In this document: positions 38,718 through 48,855 of the stretch, one piece after another | Layout of the letters: each line of letters starts with the position of its first letter | Numbering within the stretch: position 1 is the stretch's first letter | NCBI GenBank assembly: GCA_963712745.1 | Contig: CAVQJC010000017.1 | Coordinates: 64,001 to 128,000 of the forward strand | Reading direction: 5' to 3' | Origin: an uncultured Chloroflexia bacterium | GTDB lineage: Bacteria > Chloroflexota > Limnocylindria > Limnocylindrales > CSP1-4 | Length of the DNA: 64,000 nt | Translations under genes and position numbers: made by a program | Notes under the pieces: model-generated | What the model was told of the DNA's origin: nothing | Seen by the model: only the letters and a program-made list of their open reading frames with translations | Database searches by the model: none

Positions 38718-39736
38718 AGCCGGCCCTCCGTCACGGCTCGCTTGATGAGCTCACGTCGCAGGGTGTCGAGCGCAAGGGCGCCGATGAGCAAGAGACCGAG
38801 GGCGAGGTACTGGTAGAAAGGCTCGACCTTCAGGATGTTCAGGGCGCTGTTGATGACGCTGATGAGCACCGCCGCGAGCATCGTGCCGAGCATGCTGGCG
38901 TTGCCGCCCATCAGGCTCGTCCCGCCCAGCACGACGATGGCGATGGCCTGCAGCTCCAGGCCGACGCCGAGCGTGCCGTCCACGATCATCAGCTGCGAGG
39001 TCAGCATCACGCCCGAGAGTGCCGCCGTCGCGCCGACGATGACGAAGACCAGGATCTTGACGCGGTCGATGTGCAGGCCGGTTGCCTCCGCCGCCTTCTC
39101 GTTTCCGCCGATGGCGCAGATGTGCTGGCCGAAGGGCGTGTGTCGCATGACCACCCACAGCACCCCGAACAGGCCGAGTGCGATGAGCACCGGGATGGGC
39201 ACGCCCAGGATCTCGCCGGAGTTGAGCTTGGCGAACTCGGGCTGGTCCATGAGCAGGATCGACTGCCCGTCGGTGATGAGCAGGGCTGCGCCGCGCAGGA
39301 CGCTCATGCCGCCGAGGGTGGCCACGAAGGCGGGCACGCCCAGGCGCGTGATGATGAGCCCGTTGGCAAGGCCTACGCCTGCGCCCAGCAGGATGGTGGC
39401 GCCGATGCTCAGGGGGATGCCGACCGTGCCCAGCAGGATGGCCACGGTACAGGCGGCCAGGGCCTGCAGCGAGCCGATGGAGAGGTCCAGCGCGCCCATG
39501 GCCAGGGCCAGCGTCATGCCCAGGGCCGGCACCGCGGCGATGGCCGCGGTGACCAGCAGGCTGGAGACGTTGTGCGGCGATAGGAAAGCGGGCGTGACCC
39601 AGGTGACCAGGGCTACCACAACCACGATCATCACCAGCACGCCCAGGTTCTCGAAGAGCTGGAAGAAGCGCAGCGCCGAGTTCAGGCCACGCCCGCCTTG
39701 CTCGGCGCCCGCAGCGCCGGAGGCGTTGGAGGTCAT
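38714..39736 (-). CDS. Sugar ABC transporter permease (RbsC-like)
   Basis: DLSIGS, VPAFVATLG, AIGGNEKAA, ELQAIAIVVLGG. Confidence 0.93.
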   Translation of the reverse strand: MTSNASGAAGAEQGGRGLNSALRFFQLFENLGVLVMIVVVVALVTWVTPAFLSPHNVSSLLVTAAIAAVPALGMTLALAMGALDLSIGSLQALAACTVAILLGTVGIPLSIGATILLGAGVGLANGLIITRLGVPAFVATLGGMSVLRGAALLITDGQSILLMDQPEFAKLNSGEILGVPIPVLIALGLFGVLWVVMRHTPFGQHICAIGGNEKAAEATGLHIDRVKILVFVIVGATAALSGVMLTSQLMIVDGTLGVGLELQAIAIVVLGGTSLMGGNASMLGTMLAAVLISVINSALNILKVEPFYQYLALGLLLIGALALDTLRRELIKRAVTEGRL

Positions 39737-39738
39737 CC

Positions 39739-41253
39739 TCAGATCCCCATCGTGGCGTGGGCCACGGCGCAGGCGAGGATGTTGTCCTCGTTGAGGCTGG
39801 AACCCTGGAGCATGCCCGTGATGTGGCCGGCGGAGAGCACCAGGCAGCGGTCGCTGACCTTGTCCAGCTCGGGCACGTCAGAGGAGCTGACGATGACCGC
39901 GTTGCCCTCCCGCGCGAGGTCGCGGATGAGCTCGTGGATCTCCACCTTGGTGCCCACGTCCACGCCGCGCGACGGCTCGTTCAGGAGCAGGATGCGCGCC
40001 TCGCTGACCAGAGCACGGCCGAGCATCACCTTCTGCTGGTTGCCGCCGCTGAGCGTGGAGATGAGCTGATCCGGCGAGTGAGCGCGTACCGCGAACAGCT
40101 CCTGCACGCGGGTCCAGGCGCTTCTCTCCGCGCGGTTATCGAGGATGGCTCGTCGGAGGGCCCTCTCGTCGGTGCGAGGCCTCGTGACGACCAGATTCTC
40201 CTGCACGTCGAGGTCGGGAAAGATGCCTTCGGTCTTGCGGTCCTCGGGCAGCATGAAGATGCCTTCGCCCAGGGCGGCCGTGGGGTTGTCGAGCGCGACC
40301 GGCTTGCCGTCGAGTTCGACCTCGCCTCCGCTGCGGCGAAGGATGCCGAAGAGCGTGCGCATCAGCTCCGAGCGGCCCGATCCCACGAGGCCGGCCACGC
40401 CCAGTACCTCGCCGTAGTGGACGTCGAAGGTCAGCGGCCCGAGGCCGCCGCGCGCGGTCAGATCCCTGACCGCCAGCGCCGGCCTTGTCTCCGACGCCAC
40501 CGACTTGTGGACCTCGTGATCCACGAGCTCGCGGCCCAGCATCATGGTGATGACGTCGCGCTCGGTCAGTTCGCCGATGGGCCGGGTGTCCACCCGGCGC
40601 CCGTCACGCAGGACGGTCACGCGGTCGGCGATGCGGAAGATCTCGCTGAGGCGGTGGGAGACGTAGAGGACGGCCACGCCGCGCTCGCGCAACTCCGCCA
40701 CGATCTCGAAGAGCCGGTCGACCTCGGCGCTGTTCAGTGCGGCCGTGGGCTCGTCCATGATCATCACGCGGAAGTCCTGCGAGAGGGCCTTGGCCACCTC
40801 TACCAGCTGCTTGTCGGCGACGCTGAGGTATTCGACACGCAGGTCGGGCTTGGTCTCGAGGCCGAGCTCGCTGAGCAGCTCCGTGGCGCGCCGCTTGACG
40901 AGCGGCCAGTCGATGAAGCCACCACGACGGCGCGGCTCACGGCCCAGGAAGATGTTGGTCGCGATCGACAGCTGGGGGATGAGGTTGAACTCCTGGTTGA
41001 TGACGCTGATGCCGGCCTGCTGCGACTGCAGGGGATCTGCGAAGGTGGCGGTCTCTCCCCGGACCTCGATCGTGCCCGAGGTCGGCTCGTGCTGACCGCC
41101 CAGCACCTTGATGAGCGTGGACTTGCCCGCCCCGTTCTCGCCCACCAGGGCGTGGACCTCGCCCGGCTGCAGCTCGAGGTCGACGTCGTCCAGCGCGAGC
41201 ACGCCCGGGAAGCGCTTGGTGATGTGCTGGGCGGAGAGGATGGGCTCGGTCAA
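39739..41253 (-). CDS. Sugar ABC transporter ATP-binding protein (CUT2, RbsA-like)
   Basis: GENGAGKST, MDEPT, PEDRK, LSGGNQQK. Confidence 0.95.
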   Translation of the reverse strand: MTEPILSAQHITKRFPGVLALDDVDLELQPGEVHALVGENGAGKSTLIKVLGGQHEPTSGTIEVRGETATFADPLQSQQAGISVINQEFNLIPQLSIATNIFLGREPRRRGGFIDWPLVKRRATELLSELGLETKPDLRVEYLSVADKQLVEVAKALSQDFRVMIMDEPTAALNSAEVDRLFEIVAELRERGVAVLYVSHRLSEIFRIADRVTVLRDGRRVDTRPIGELTERDVITMMLGRELVDHEVHKSVASETRPALAVRDLTARGGLGPLTFDVHYGEVLGVAGLVGSGRSELMRTLFGILRRSGGEVELDGKPVALDNPTAALGEGIFMLPEDRKTEGIFPDLDVQENLVVTRPRTDERALRRAILDNRAERSAWTRVQELFAVRAHSPDQLISTLSGGNQQKVMLGRALVSEARILLLNEPSRGVDVGTKVEIHELIRDLAREGNAVIVSSSDVPELDKVSDRCLVLSAGHITGMLQGSSLNEDNILACAVAHATMGI

Positions 41254-41384
41254 GGCACGTTCCCTGGCTGAGGGATGGGGGTGAGCCGGGCCAACGAAAC
41301 GCCGGAGGACCCGGGCGCGGAGGAGTGGACCCGGCTCACCAGGTGGCCGGTCTCAGCGACGCGGAGACCGGCCGATGGAGCCGC

Positions 41385-42369
41385 CTATTCGGCAGGCATG
41401 TACATGTCGACGTTCTCTGCGGTCACGACCTCGACCGGGAAGAAGATCGACTTGGTCTCCGGATCGGAGTACTCGACGGCCTCGCCGGCAAGCATCTGCA
41501 TGGCTGCCTCGACGGCGGCCTTGCCCTGGCCGTACGGATCCTGGCGGATCGTGGCGGCCATCTCGCCGGCGGCGATCAGCTCGAGCGCCGGGGCGTCGCC
41601 GTTGAAGCCGACCAGCAGGACGTCGGAGACGCCGCTCTTGCCGGCCTGCTTCAGGGCCTGGTTGGCACCGATGGCCTCGGGGTCGTTGGTGGCGTAGATG
41701 CCGACCAGGTTCGGGTTGGCCGCGAGCGTGTCGCGGGTGACCTCGAAGCCGCCTTCGACGGTGTCGTTGCCGTTGAGCTCGGCCACGATGGTGAAGTCAT
41801 CGTACTTGGCCATCTCGTCACTGAAGCCGGCGGCACGGACCTCGCCCACCGCGGAACCGGGGTGCAGCAGGATCGAGAGCACTTCCTTCTGGCCCTCGAT
41901 GTCGGCCAGCTGCTCGGCCATGTACTGGGCTGCCAGCACGCCGCCCTCGTAGTTGTCCGAGAGGACGAAGCCGTCGTAGTCGCCTTCGGCACCCACGTCG
42001 CCGATGAGGACGGGGATCATGGCCTCGTGGGCGGCGTCGATGGCCGCCGGCAGCGCGGCCGGCTGTACCGGCGAGATCGACGAGGGCGCTGATGCCCTGG
42101 TTGATGAGGTCGAGGCTGCCGCTGACCTGGGCTTCCTGGCTGCTCTTCTGGTCGGAGAGCAAGAACTCGGCGCCGGCGGCCTCCGCGGCCTCCTGCACGC
42201 CACGTGCGTATTCCTGCCAGTACGGCTGCTGCATGTCATAGACCGAGTAGCCGACCTTGAGCGGATCCTTGGCCTCGAAGGCCATGTCGTCCTGGGCCAC
42301 CACCGCGCCGGCGCTGAAGACAAGACAGGCGGCAGCGGCGATGCTGACTGAGCGGATAGCGGTTCGCAT
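41385..42369 (-). CDS. Sugar ABC solute-binding protein (one extra base near 42078)
   Basis: Signal peptide and PBP1 N-terminus in ORF 41818-42369 joins the C-terminus in ORF 41385-42323 as ALVISPVQP if one base is removed. Confidence 0.85.
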
Positions 42370-42445
42370 GGTTGATCATCCCCCTAGTGCACTGGCGACG
42401 TGTTTCATCCACGTCTGTGACCAGCTTGTGGTACACGAAGTCTCG

Positions 42446-43523
42446 TCATCGACTCGTCCTGCGCGACACCTCCTTCTGTGTTCTTGGGTCCTGGGTGGGT
42501 GGCGCGGCCGTCGACTGGCGGATCGATCAGCTCCGGCTCGAAGACGACCTGCGTCCGTTCGGGCAGGCGGCCCGCGACGAGGTCGAGCAGGATCCTGGTC
42601 GCCAACGTGGCCACATCGGAAAGGCTCTGGCGGACGGTGGTCAACGGTGGTGTCTGATACGGCGCCAGCTCGATGTTGTCGACGCCCACGACGGAGATGT
42701 CCTGGGGGATGCGCAACCCGGCTTCGCTGGCCGCGCGCATGGCGCCGATGGCCAGGCGGTCGTTGGAGGCGAAGACCGCGGTCGGCGCGGGGTCCCGCGA
42801 GAGCAGCCCGCGCATCGAGTCGTACCCGGACTCACAGCTCCAGGCGGCGTCGCCGACGGCGTGGGGGAGGGGCTCCAGGCCGCGGGCGCGGATCGCCTCG
42901 TGGAAGGACTCGAGGCGTTCGATCGAGAGGCGCAGGTCGAGCGGGCCGCAGATGTGGGCCAGCCGCTGGTGCCCAAGGTCGAGCAGGTGCTCCGCCACCA
43001 TCGTGCCGGTGCGGGTGTTGTCCAGGATGACCGAGGGGCCGTCGTAGCCGTTGGGAATGCGGTCGATGGCCACCACCGGGATATCCGCGTCTTGCAGCTC
43101 GCGCAGGCCGTGCAGCGTGTCGGTGGTAGTCACGAAGAGCATGCCGTCGACCCAGCGCTGGGCGGCGATGTGGAGGTACGTGCGCTCGCGCTCGGGATCG
43201 CTGTGGGTGTTGTAGAGGATGACGTTGTAGCCGGCCGCATGAGCGTGATCCTCGACCGCATCAGCCATGCGTGAGAAGAAGGGGTTGGTGATGTCGGCCA
43301 CCATCAGGCCGATGGTGTTGGTGGTGCCGGTGCGCAGGCTGCGCGCCACCGCCTGGGGTCGGTAGCCGAGCTCATCGATGGCGGCCAGGATGCGGTCGCG
43401 TGTCTCGGCGGAGACCACGGCTTTGTCGTTGACCACGACCGAGACCGTCTGCACCGACACTCCGGCCAGACGCGCGACATCCTTCATCGTCGGGCGCTGC
43501 GTCTTGCGGATCCCGGGTGCCAC
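42446..43523 (-). CDS. LacI family regulator (extra base near 42524 alters the C-terminus)
   Basis: TMKDVARLAGVSVQTVS, YRPQAVARSL, NDRLAIG, PPLTTV; corrected end ELIIRQST; GTG start with GGGGAG. Confidence 0.92.
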
Positions 43524-43554
43524 GTGTCTCCCCCTGCACGCTGATGGCGCCCAG

Positions 43555-43611
43555 TCTGAACGTTCCTGTGAACGTTCATCTGAACGTTCAGATTGTCTCA
43601 CTGCCTGTCAA
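43555..43611 (-). promoter_or_regulatory. Triple LacI-type operator TGAACGTTCA with a TTGACA -35 box
   Basis: tgaacgttc at 43557, 43569 and 43581 (12-bp period); TTGACA on the minus strand at 43606-43611. Confidence 0.8.
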
Positions 43612-43802
43612 GTCGGGATACGCGCGTGATCGCACGCTTGTGCTGCGTGGCGTATCGGGCCTGGTTCGTAGTTGAGGCTCATGGGCGTGCGGCTCATGCA
43701 CGAGTTCGACGCCGATGGCCGCGAGTCGGCCCCGGGTCAGCTCATGAGGCGCACCATCTTGTCCGCCCCGCTCGCCAGGTGCACGATGTTGGCAACGATC
43801 AT

Positions 43803-43917
43803 CACCGGGTGCACGGGTGGGTCCATGGCACCAGCGGGACGGTCACGCTCGTGCACCGGGTGCACGGGTGGGTCCATGGCACCAGCGGGACGGTCACGCT
43901 CGTGCACCGGGTGCACG
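43803..43917. repeat. 51-bp tandem repeat x2.25
   Basis: caccgggtgcacgggtgggtccatggcaccagcgggacggtcacgctcgtg at 43803 and 43854, partial at 43905. Confidence 0.9.
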
Positions 43918-44040
43918 CTGGTCCCGATCGAATGGACATGGACACGGCTGGACCCCGGACAGGTGCCGGGGTCCAGCCTGGAGATTGGCCGGCGCCTTGC
44001 GGACGTCCGGCCTCGCCCCCCTACGGGAGCTTGGTGGCCG

Positions 44041-45123
44041 CTATTCGGCAGCCGGGCAGGCGAAGGTGTTGCACACCTCCTGCGCGTTCTCCGGCGCGAC
44101 CGTGTCGAACGGCAGAACCAGCCACAGCGGCGGGTTCACGCCGTCGATGAGCAGCGAGCGGGCCCAGTCGATGGCCTGTTGGCCGCCGGTGGGATAGACG
44201 AAGGTGACGCCGAGCCGGCCGTCGAGGACGGACATGATGCCGCCGTCAGGCGTGGGCAGAGCGTCGATGCCGATGAAGAGGACCTTGGAGGCATCGATGC
44301 CCGCGTCCTGGGCGGCGATGTAGGCGCCCTCGGCCATGGGGTCGTTGTGCCCGTAGAGGACATCGATATCGGGATGTGCCTGGAAGGCAGCCGCCGCGGA
44401 TGGGACAGCCTTCTCGCGGAGCCAGTCGGCGTTCTGCGAGAAGACGATGTTCTCCTCGGAGAGGCCGCCCTCGACCAGACCCATGCGGAAACCGTCACCG
44501 CGGTCCTTGGCCGGGGGAGCGCCCTCGAGGCCACGGATCTCGGCGATCTTGCAGGCCTCGCGGCCATTGTCTGCACACCACTGCGCAGCGTAGGCGCCGG
44601 CGCCGGCACCGATGGCTACGTTGTCGGCACCGATGAACATGGAGTAGTTGGGGTCGACCAGGTTGCGGTCAAGCACGATGACCGGGACGCAGGCTTCCCA
44701 GGCTTCCTTGACGATGTCGTTCAGGGGAGCAGCTTCGTTGGGGGAGATGACCAGCAGGTCGATGCCCTGGATGAGCAGGTTCTCGACATCACTCACCTGG
44801 TCGGCGTTATCCTGAGCGGCGTCCTGGAAGACGACCTCGATCTCAGGATAGGCATCGGCCGCAGCGGCAAGCTGGCTGTCCATGGCCTCGCGCCAGGGCT
44901 CAGCACGGTTGGCCTGCGACATGCCGATCACGTACTTGTCCTTGGCTTCCGGCATGGGGCAGTCTGCCGGCAGCGGTCCGTCCGCGCGCGCATCTTCCTT
45001 GACCGTGCCGCCACCGAGTTGGTCGTCGGTGTAGGGAGCCCAACCATCTGCGGCCAGGGCCGCTGATACGGAGCCCACTGTCAGCGCTGCTGTCAGCGCG
45101 CCGACGAGGATCTTCTTGGTCAT
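44041..45123 (-). CDS. Sugar ABC solute-binding protein
   Basis: Signal peptide MTKKILVG..; SQANRAEPWR, ISPNEA, IGADN, HNDPMA, GIDAL, YPTGG. Confidence 0.9.
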   Translation of the reverse strand: MTKKILVGALTAALTVGSVSAALAADGWAPYTDDQLGGGTVKEDARADGPLPADCPMPEAKDKYVIGMSQANRAEPWREAMDSQLAAAADAYPEIEVVFQDAAQDNADQVSDVENLLIQGIDLLVISPNEAAPLNDIVKEAWEACVPVIVLDRNLVDPNYSMFIGADNVAIGAGAGAYAAQWCADNGREACKIAEIRGLEGAPPAKDRGDGFRMGLVEGGLSEENIVFSQNADWLREKAVPSAAAAFQAHPDIDVLYGHNDPMAEGAYIAAQDAGIDASKVLFIGIDALPTPDGGIMSVLDGRLGVTFVYPTGGQQAIDWARSLLIDGVNPPLWLVLPFDTVAPENAQEVCNTFACPAAE

Positions 45124-45297
45124 TCGATGAGTCCTTTCAGAGTACGTGATGACTGGACCTTGGCTTGGGCTTCCTTTCGCCAGACACCCACCTCCTCCTG
45201 CGACTTGCCCGAGTGCCATGCTCGAGTGGTCACTGCACCCGGGGCGTTCGCTCGTCTGATGACCGCAGACCGTCGATGACGTCCTCTTGTGTTCCTC

Positions 45298-46848
45298 CTA
45301 GTCCTCCGAGATGCGCGGGCGCATCTGGTTCAGCGCCACGGCGCCGATCACGATCAATCCCTTGATCACCAGCTGCGCGTTGCTGTTGACGTTGTTGAGG
45401 CTGAGCATGTTGTCGAGGATGCCCAGGATGAACGCTCCTGCGACGGCCCCGGCGATGGTGCCTCTGCCACCCATGAGGCTGGCGCCTCCGATGACGACTG
45501 CCGCGATGGCGTTGAGCTCGTAGCCCATGGCCTCGTTGGGGCTGCCCTGGTCGAGCTGGGCCGCGTGCACGATACCGGCCATGGCCGCGAAGAAGGAACA
45601 GAGCATGAAGGCCGTGATCTTGATGCGCGAGACGGCCAGGCCGGAGAGTCGTGCGGCCACCTGGTTACCGCCGATGGCATAGAGATACCGTCCCCACGCC
45701 GAGTAGCGCAGGACCAGGGCCATGATGATGGCCACCGAGAACATGATGATCGCCGGCACCGGGAAGACCCCTTCGATGCGCTGGCCGATGACCTCGAACA
45801 TGGGGTCTGCGCCGCCCTCTCCATAGGAGATGGGCACGGCTATGTCGTTGGACCAGATGTGCGCGATGCCGCGCGCGATGCTCAGCATGGCCAGCGTGGT
45901 GATGAAGGACGGGACCCGGAAGCGCTCCGAGGTCCAGCCGTTGAACCAGCCGATGGCCAGGCCCAGGGCCAGGATGATCGTGACCGCCGCATACGAGGGC
46001 ACCAGGTCGCGCATGAGCAGGTAGGCCACCCCGGTCGCGGTGAGGGCCACGACCGAGCCGACCGACAGGTCGATGCCGCCGATGATGATGACCAGCAGCA
46101 TGCCCACCGCGAGGATGCCCGTCTCCGACACGTCGCGGGCGACGTTGCTCAGGTTGCGCTGGTTGAGGAACAGGATGCTGTCATCCCGTGTTGGCGAGAA
46201 GACGATAGCCAGCACGATGACGATGAAGAGCCCGAAGAATGGCTGGAAGCGGAAGATGGTCGAGACAGCCCGGGCCACGCGCGGGTTGTCGAGCCACCGA
46301 CCGACCGTATCGCGCAGGCGGGCGATGAGGCCCTTCTCGGTCGACGCTGCCGGCATGGATGCGGTGGACTGCATGGCCAAGTACTGCAACACCAGGACGG
46401 CCGAGGCGAAGCAGGCCAGCCAGAAGCCGATCGCGGTGAACTGGAGCAGCTGCACGGGCGAATCGCTGTCGTCGAGGAAGTAGAGCACGAAGTAGGCGAA
46501 GGTGATGAGCCCGCCCAGGGGCACCAGGGCGGACTGCCAGCGCCACTGCCAGCGCTCACTGGTCTTCAGGAAGAACCCGATACCGGCCACGAAGGCCCCG
46601 AGCGGGACGAGCAGCAAGCGCCAGCGCGTGTCCCCGAAGTACGCGCTCAGCTCCCCGGAGAGCGGGGGCGAGCCCGAGACGAGCAGGTTGATGGCGGTCG
46701 TGTCGACGCCCTCTTCGCTCATCCATGGCAGTGCGAAGAACCCGATCAGCACGGCGATGATGCCGCCGAGGCAGATGACGTCGACGGGCGTCAGGCGACT
46801 CCAGCTCCAGCCCTCTGCCGGTGTCGCGTCCCTGGCCGCTCCGCTCAT
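45298..46848 (-). CDS. Sugar ABC permease with an extra N-terminal membrane domain
   Basis: C-terminal GGIDLSVGS, VPSFITTL, GRYLYAIGGN, YELNAIAAVVIGG; about 190 extra residues containing TM segments. Confidence 0.88.
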   Translation of the reverse strand: MSGAARDATPAEGWSWSRLTPVDVICLGGIIAVLIGFFALPWMSEEGVDTTAINLLVSGSPPLSGELSAYFGDTRWRLLLVPLGAFVAGIGFFLKTSERWQWRWQSALVPLGGLITFAYFVLYFLDDSDSPVQLLQFTAIGFWLACFASAVLVLQYLAMQSTASMPAASTEKGLIARLRDTVGRWLDNPRVARAVSTIFRFQPFFGLFIVIVLAIVFSPTRDDSILFLNQRNLSNVARDVSETGILAVGMLLVIIIGGIDLSVGSVVALTATGVAYLLMRDLVPSYAAVTIILALGLAIGWFNGWTSERFRVPSFITTLAMLSIARGIAHIWSNDIAVPISYGEGGADPMFEVIGQRIEGVFPVPAIIMFSVAIIMALVLRYSAWGRYLYAIGGNQVAARLSGLAVSRIKITAFMLCSFFAAMAGIVHAAQLDQGSPNEAMGYELNAIAAVVIGGASLMGGRGTIAGAVAGAFILGILDNMLSLNNVNSNAQLVIKGLIVIGAVALNQMRPRISED

Positions 46849-48467
46849 GGGTTCGAACCCTGCGGCTGAGCCCTGGCCGTGAGGCTGTCGCTGCGTTTGT
46901 CGCTGAAACGGGTCGCCGCCTCCATGATGGCCTCCTGGTCGAACGAGTCCCGCTGGAACTCACCGGTCAGTCTTCCGTTGCACAGTACGTAGATGCGGTC
47001 GCAAACGGCCAACAGCTCGGGCATCTCGCTCGACACGAGCAGGAAGGCAGCACCGTTCTGGGCGAGCTCGCCGACCAGGTGGTATATCTCGGCCTTGGCT
47101 CCGACGTCGATGCCGCGGGTAGGCTCGTCCAGCAGGAACAGCACGATCTCGGACAGCAGGAACTTGCCGATGACCACCTTCTGCTGGTTCCCACCGCTGA
47201 GGCTGGCCACCATCGTGTCGATGGTGGGGGTCTTGATGTTCAGGTCATCGACGATGCGGCTGACGGCGCGTTTCTCAGACCGTTCGCTGATGATGCGGAA
47301 CCGGTTCGTGAACTGGCGCAATGAGGCCAGCGTGGCGTTCTCGGTGACCGACCGCTCCAGGACCAGGCTTTGCAGCTTGCGGTCCTCGGCCACGAGGCCC
47401 ACGCTATGGCGGATGGCGTCCTGGGGCGAAGCGAAGACGACCCTCTGTCCGTTGAGTGAGATGGTCCCTTTCAGGCTGTCCGGGGAATAGACGCCGAAGA
47501 TGGCTTCCAGCAGCTGCGTGCGTCCCGCGCCCATCAACCCGGCGACCCCGACGATCTCCCCCTCGCATGCCGTCACCGACACATCGTCCAGTACGTGCGT
47601 GCGGCCCTGCATGTAGGTCAGGCCCTCGACCCGCAGGACCTCGCGGCCCAGCTCCACCGGCACCTTGGGATAGAGGACGTCCAGGTCGCGTCCGACCATC
47701 ATGCTGATGAGTCGCTTGCGAGGCACCTCTCGCGGACTCGCGGTCCCGATGGTGTGTCCATCTCGAAGCACGGTCACGACATCAGCGACGGCGTAGACCT
47801 CGTCAAGCCGATGTGAGATGTAGACGACGGCGACGCCATGCTCGCGCAGACCGCGGATGACGCCGAAGAGGTACTCGACCTCGCTGTCGCTGAGGGCCGA
47901 TGTGGGCTCATCCATGACGATGATGCGCGTGTCGAGACTGAGGGCTTTGGCGATCTCGACGAGCTGCTGTTGGGAGACTCTCAGGCGGTCGATCGTCTTG
48001 TTGGTGTCGATCTCGAGACCCAGTTGCGCCATCAGTTCCTCGGCCGAGTGGCGCATGGCGCGCCGGTCGACCGTGCCCAGTCGGGTCTTGATCTCTCGGC
48101 CCAGGAAGATGTTCTCGAACACCGAGAGCTCAGGGACCAGGTTCAGTTCCTGGTGGATCATGGCCACTCCGCTGTCGATGGCCTCGCGTGTGTTGCGGAA
48201 TGCGACAGGCTCCCCGTCCAGCAGCATGTCACCGTCGTACTCGGTGTAGATCCCGCTCATGATCTTCATGAGGGTGGACTTGCCGGCTCCGTTCTCGCCG
48301 ACCAGGCCGTGGACCTGTTCGATATGGATGTCGAACGAGACATCCTCGAGCGCGACCACGCCGGGGAAGCGCTTGGTGATGTGTCGCATCCGCAGGAGCG
48401 CGGGTCGCTCCTCGGCATCTGTCGGATCGCGGCCTTGATGACTGCTGGTAGGCGTGGCTCCAGCCAT
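46845..48467 (-). CDS. Sugar ABC transporter ATP-binding protein (CUT2)
   Basis: GENGAGKST, MDEPTSAL, AEDRK, LSGGNQQK, LDEPTRGIDVG. Confidence 0.95.
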   Translation of the reverse strand: MAGATPTSSHQGRDPTDAEERPALLRMRHITKRFPGVVALEDVSFDIHIEQVHGLVGENGAGKSTLMKIMSGIYTEYDGDMLLDGEPVAFRNTREAIDSGVAMIHQELNLVPELSVFENIFLGREIKTRLGTVDRRAMRHSAEELMAQLGLEIDTNKTIDRLRVSQQQLVEIAKALSLDTRIIVMDEPTSALSDSEVEYLFGVIRGLREHGVAVVYISHRLDEVYAVADVVTVLRDGHTIGTASPREVPRKRLISMMVGRDLDVLYPKVPVELGREVLRVEGLTYMQGRTHVLDDVSVTACEGEIVGVAGLMGAGRTQLLEAIFGVYSPDSLKGTISLNGQRVVFASPQDAIRHSVGLVAEDRKLQSLVLERSVTENATLASLRQFTNRFRIISERSEKRAVSRIVDDLNIKTPTIDTMVASLSGGNQQKVVIGKFLLSEIVLFLLDEPTRGIDVGAKAEIYHLVGELAQNGAAFLLVSSEMPELLAVCDRIYVLCNGRLTGEFQRDSFDQEAIMEAATRFSDKRSDSLTARAQPQGSNP

Positions 48468-48855
48468 CAGCGAGACGACGGGCCGTCGGCCTGCACAGTC
48501 GACCGGCCTGACGTGGGACTCGCCAGCCGGCCGGGTGCACCGACGGCCTCTGCGGCGACGATGCCCATGCCCCGATACTACTCCTCGCCAGACCTCGCTC
48601 GCACGTCTCCGCCGATGTCGTCCTGCGCCACCGGCTTGCCTACCGGAGGCGTCGATCGCCCCGCCCCCGGCCGGGCCAGGGGCGGGGATGCTGGTGTACG
48701 CGTGGCTGGCCGTCCGCGACATCCTGCTGGCGCCGGAGGTGGAGCCGCTGACCTGCGAAGCCCCGGCATGATCGACCAGCGCGCCGGTCCCCCGACTTGG
48801 GGCCGTCTGGACCTAGCGACTGCGCTCGTCGCCCTTGAGCCTGACGCTCGGGGCC

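Noticed and set aside
41280-41340. Stem-loop gtgagccggg..cccggctcac between the binding-protein and ATPase genes
   Set aside because: Typical mRNA-stabilising structure after ABC binding-protein genes; not novel
43803-43917. Possible CRISPR array or Cys-rich RiPP precursor (CTGCTGG repeats in ORF 43672)
   Set aside because: Plain 51-bp tandem duplication; the ORF runs antisense to a binding-protein gene, and no modifying enzymes are adjacent
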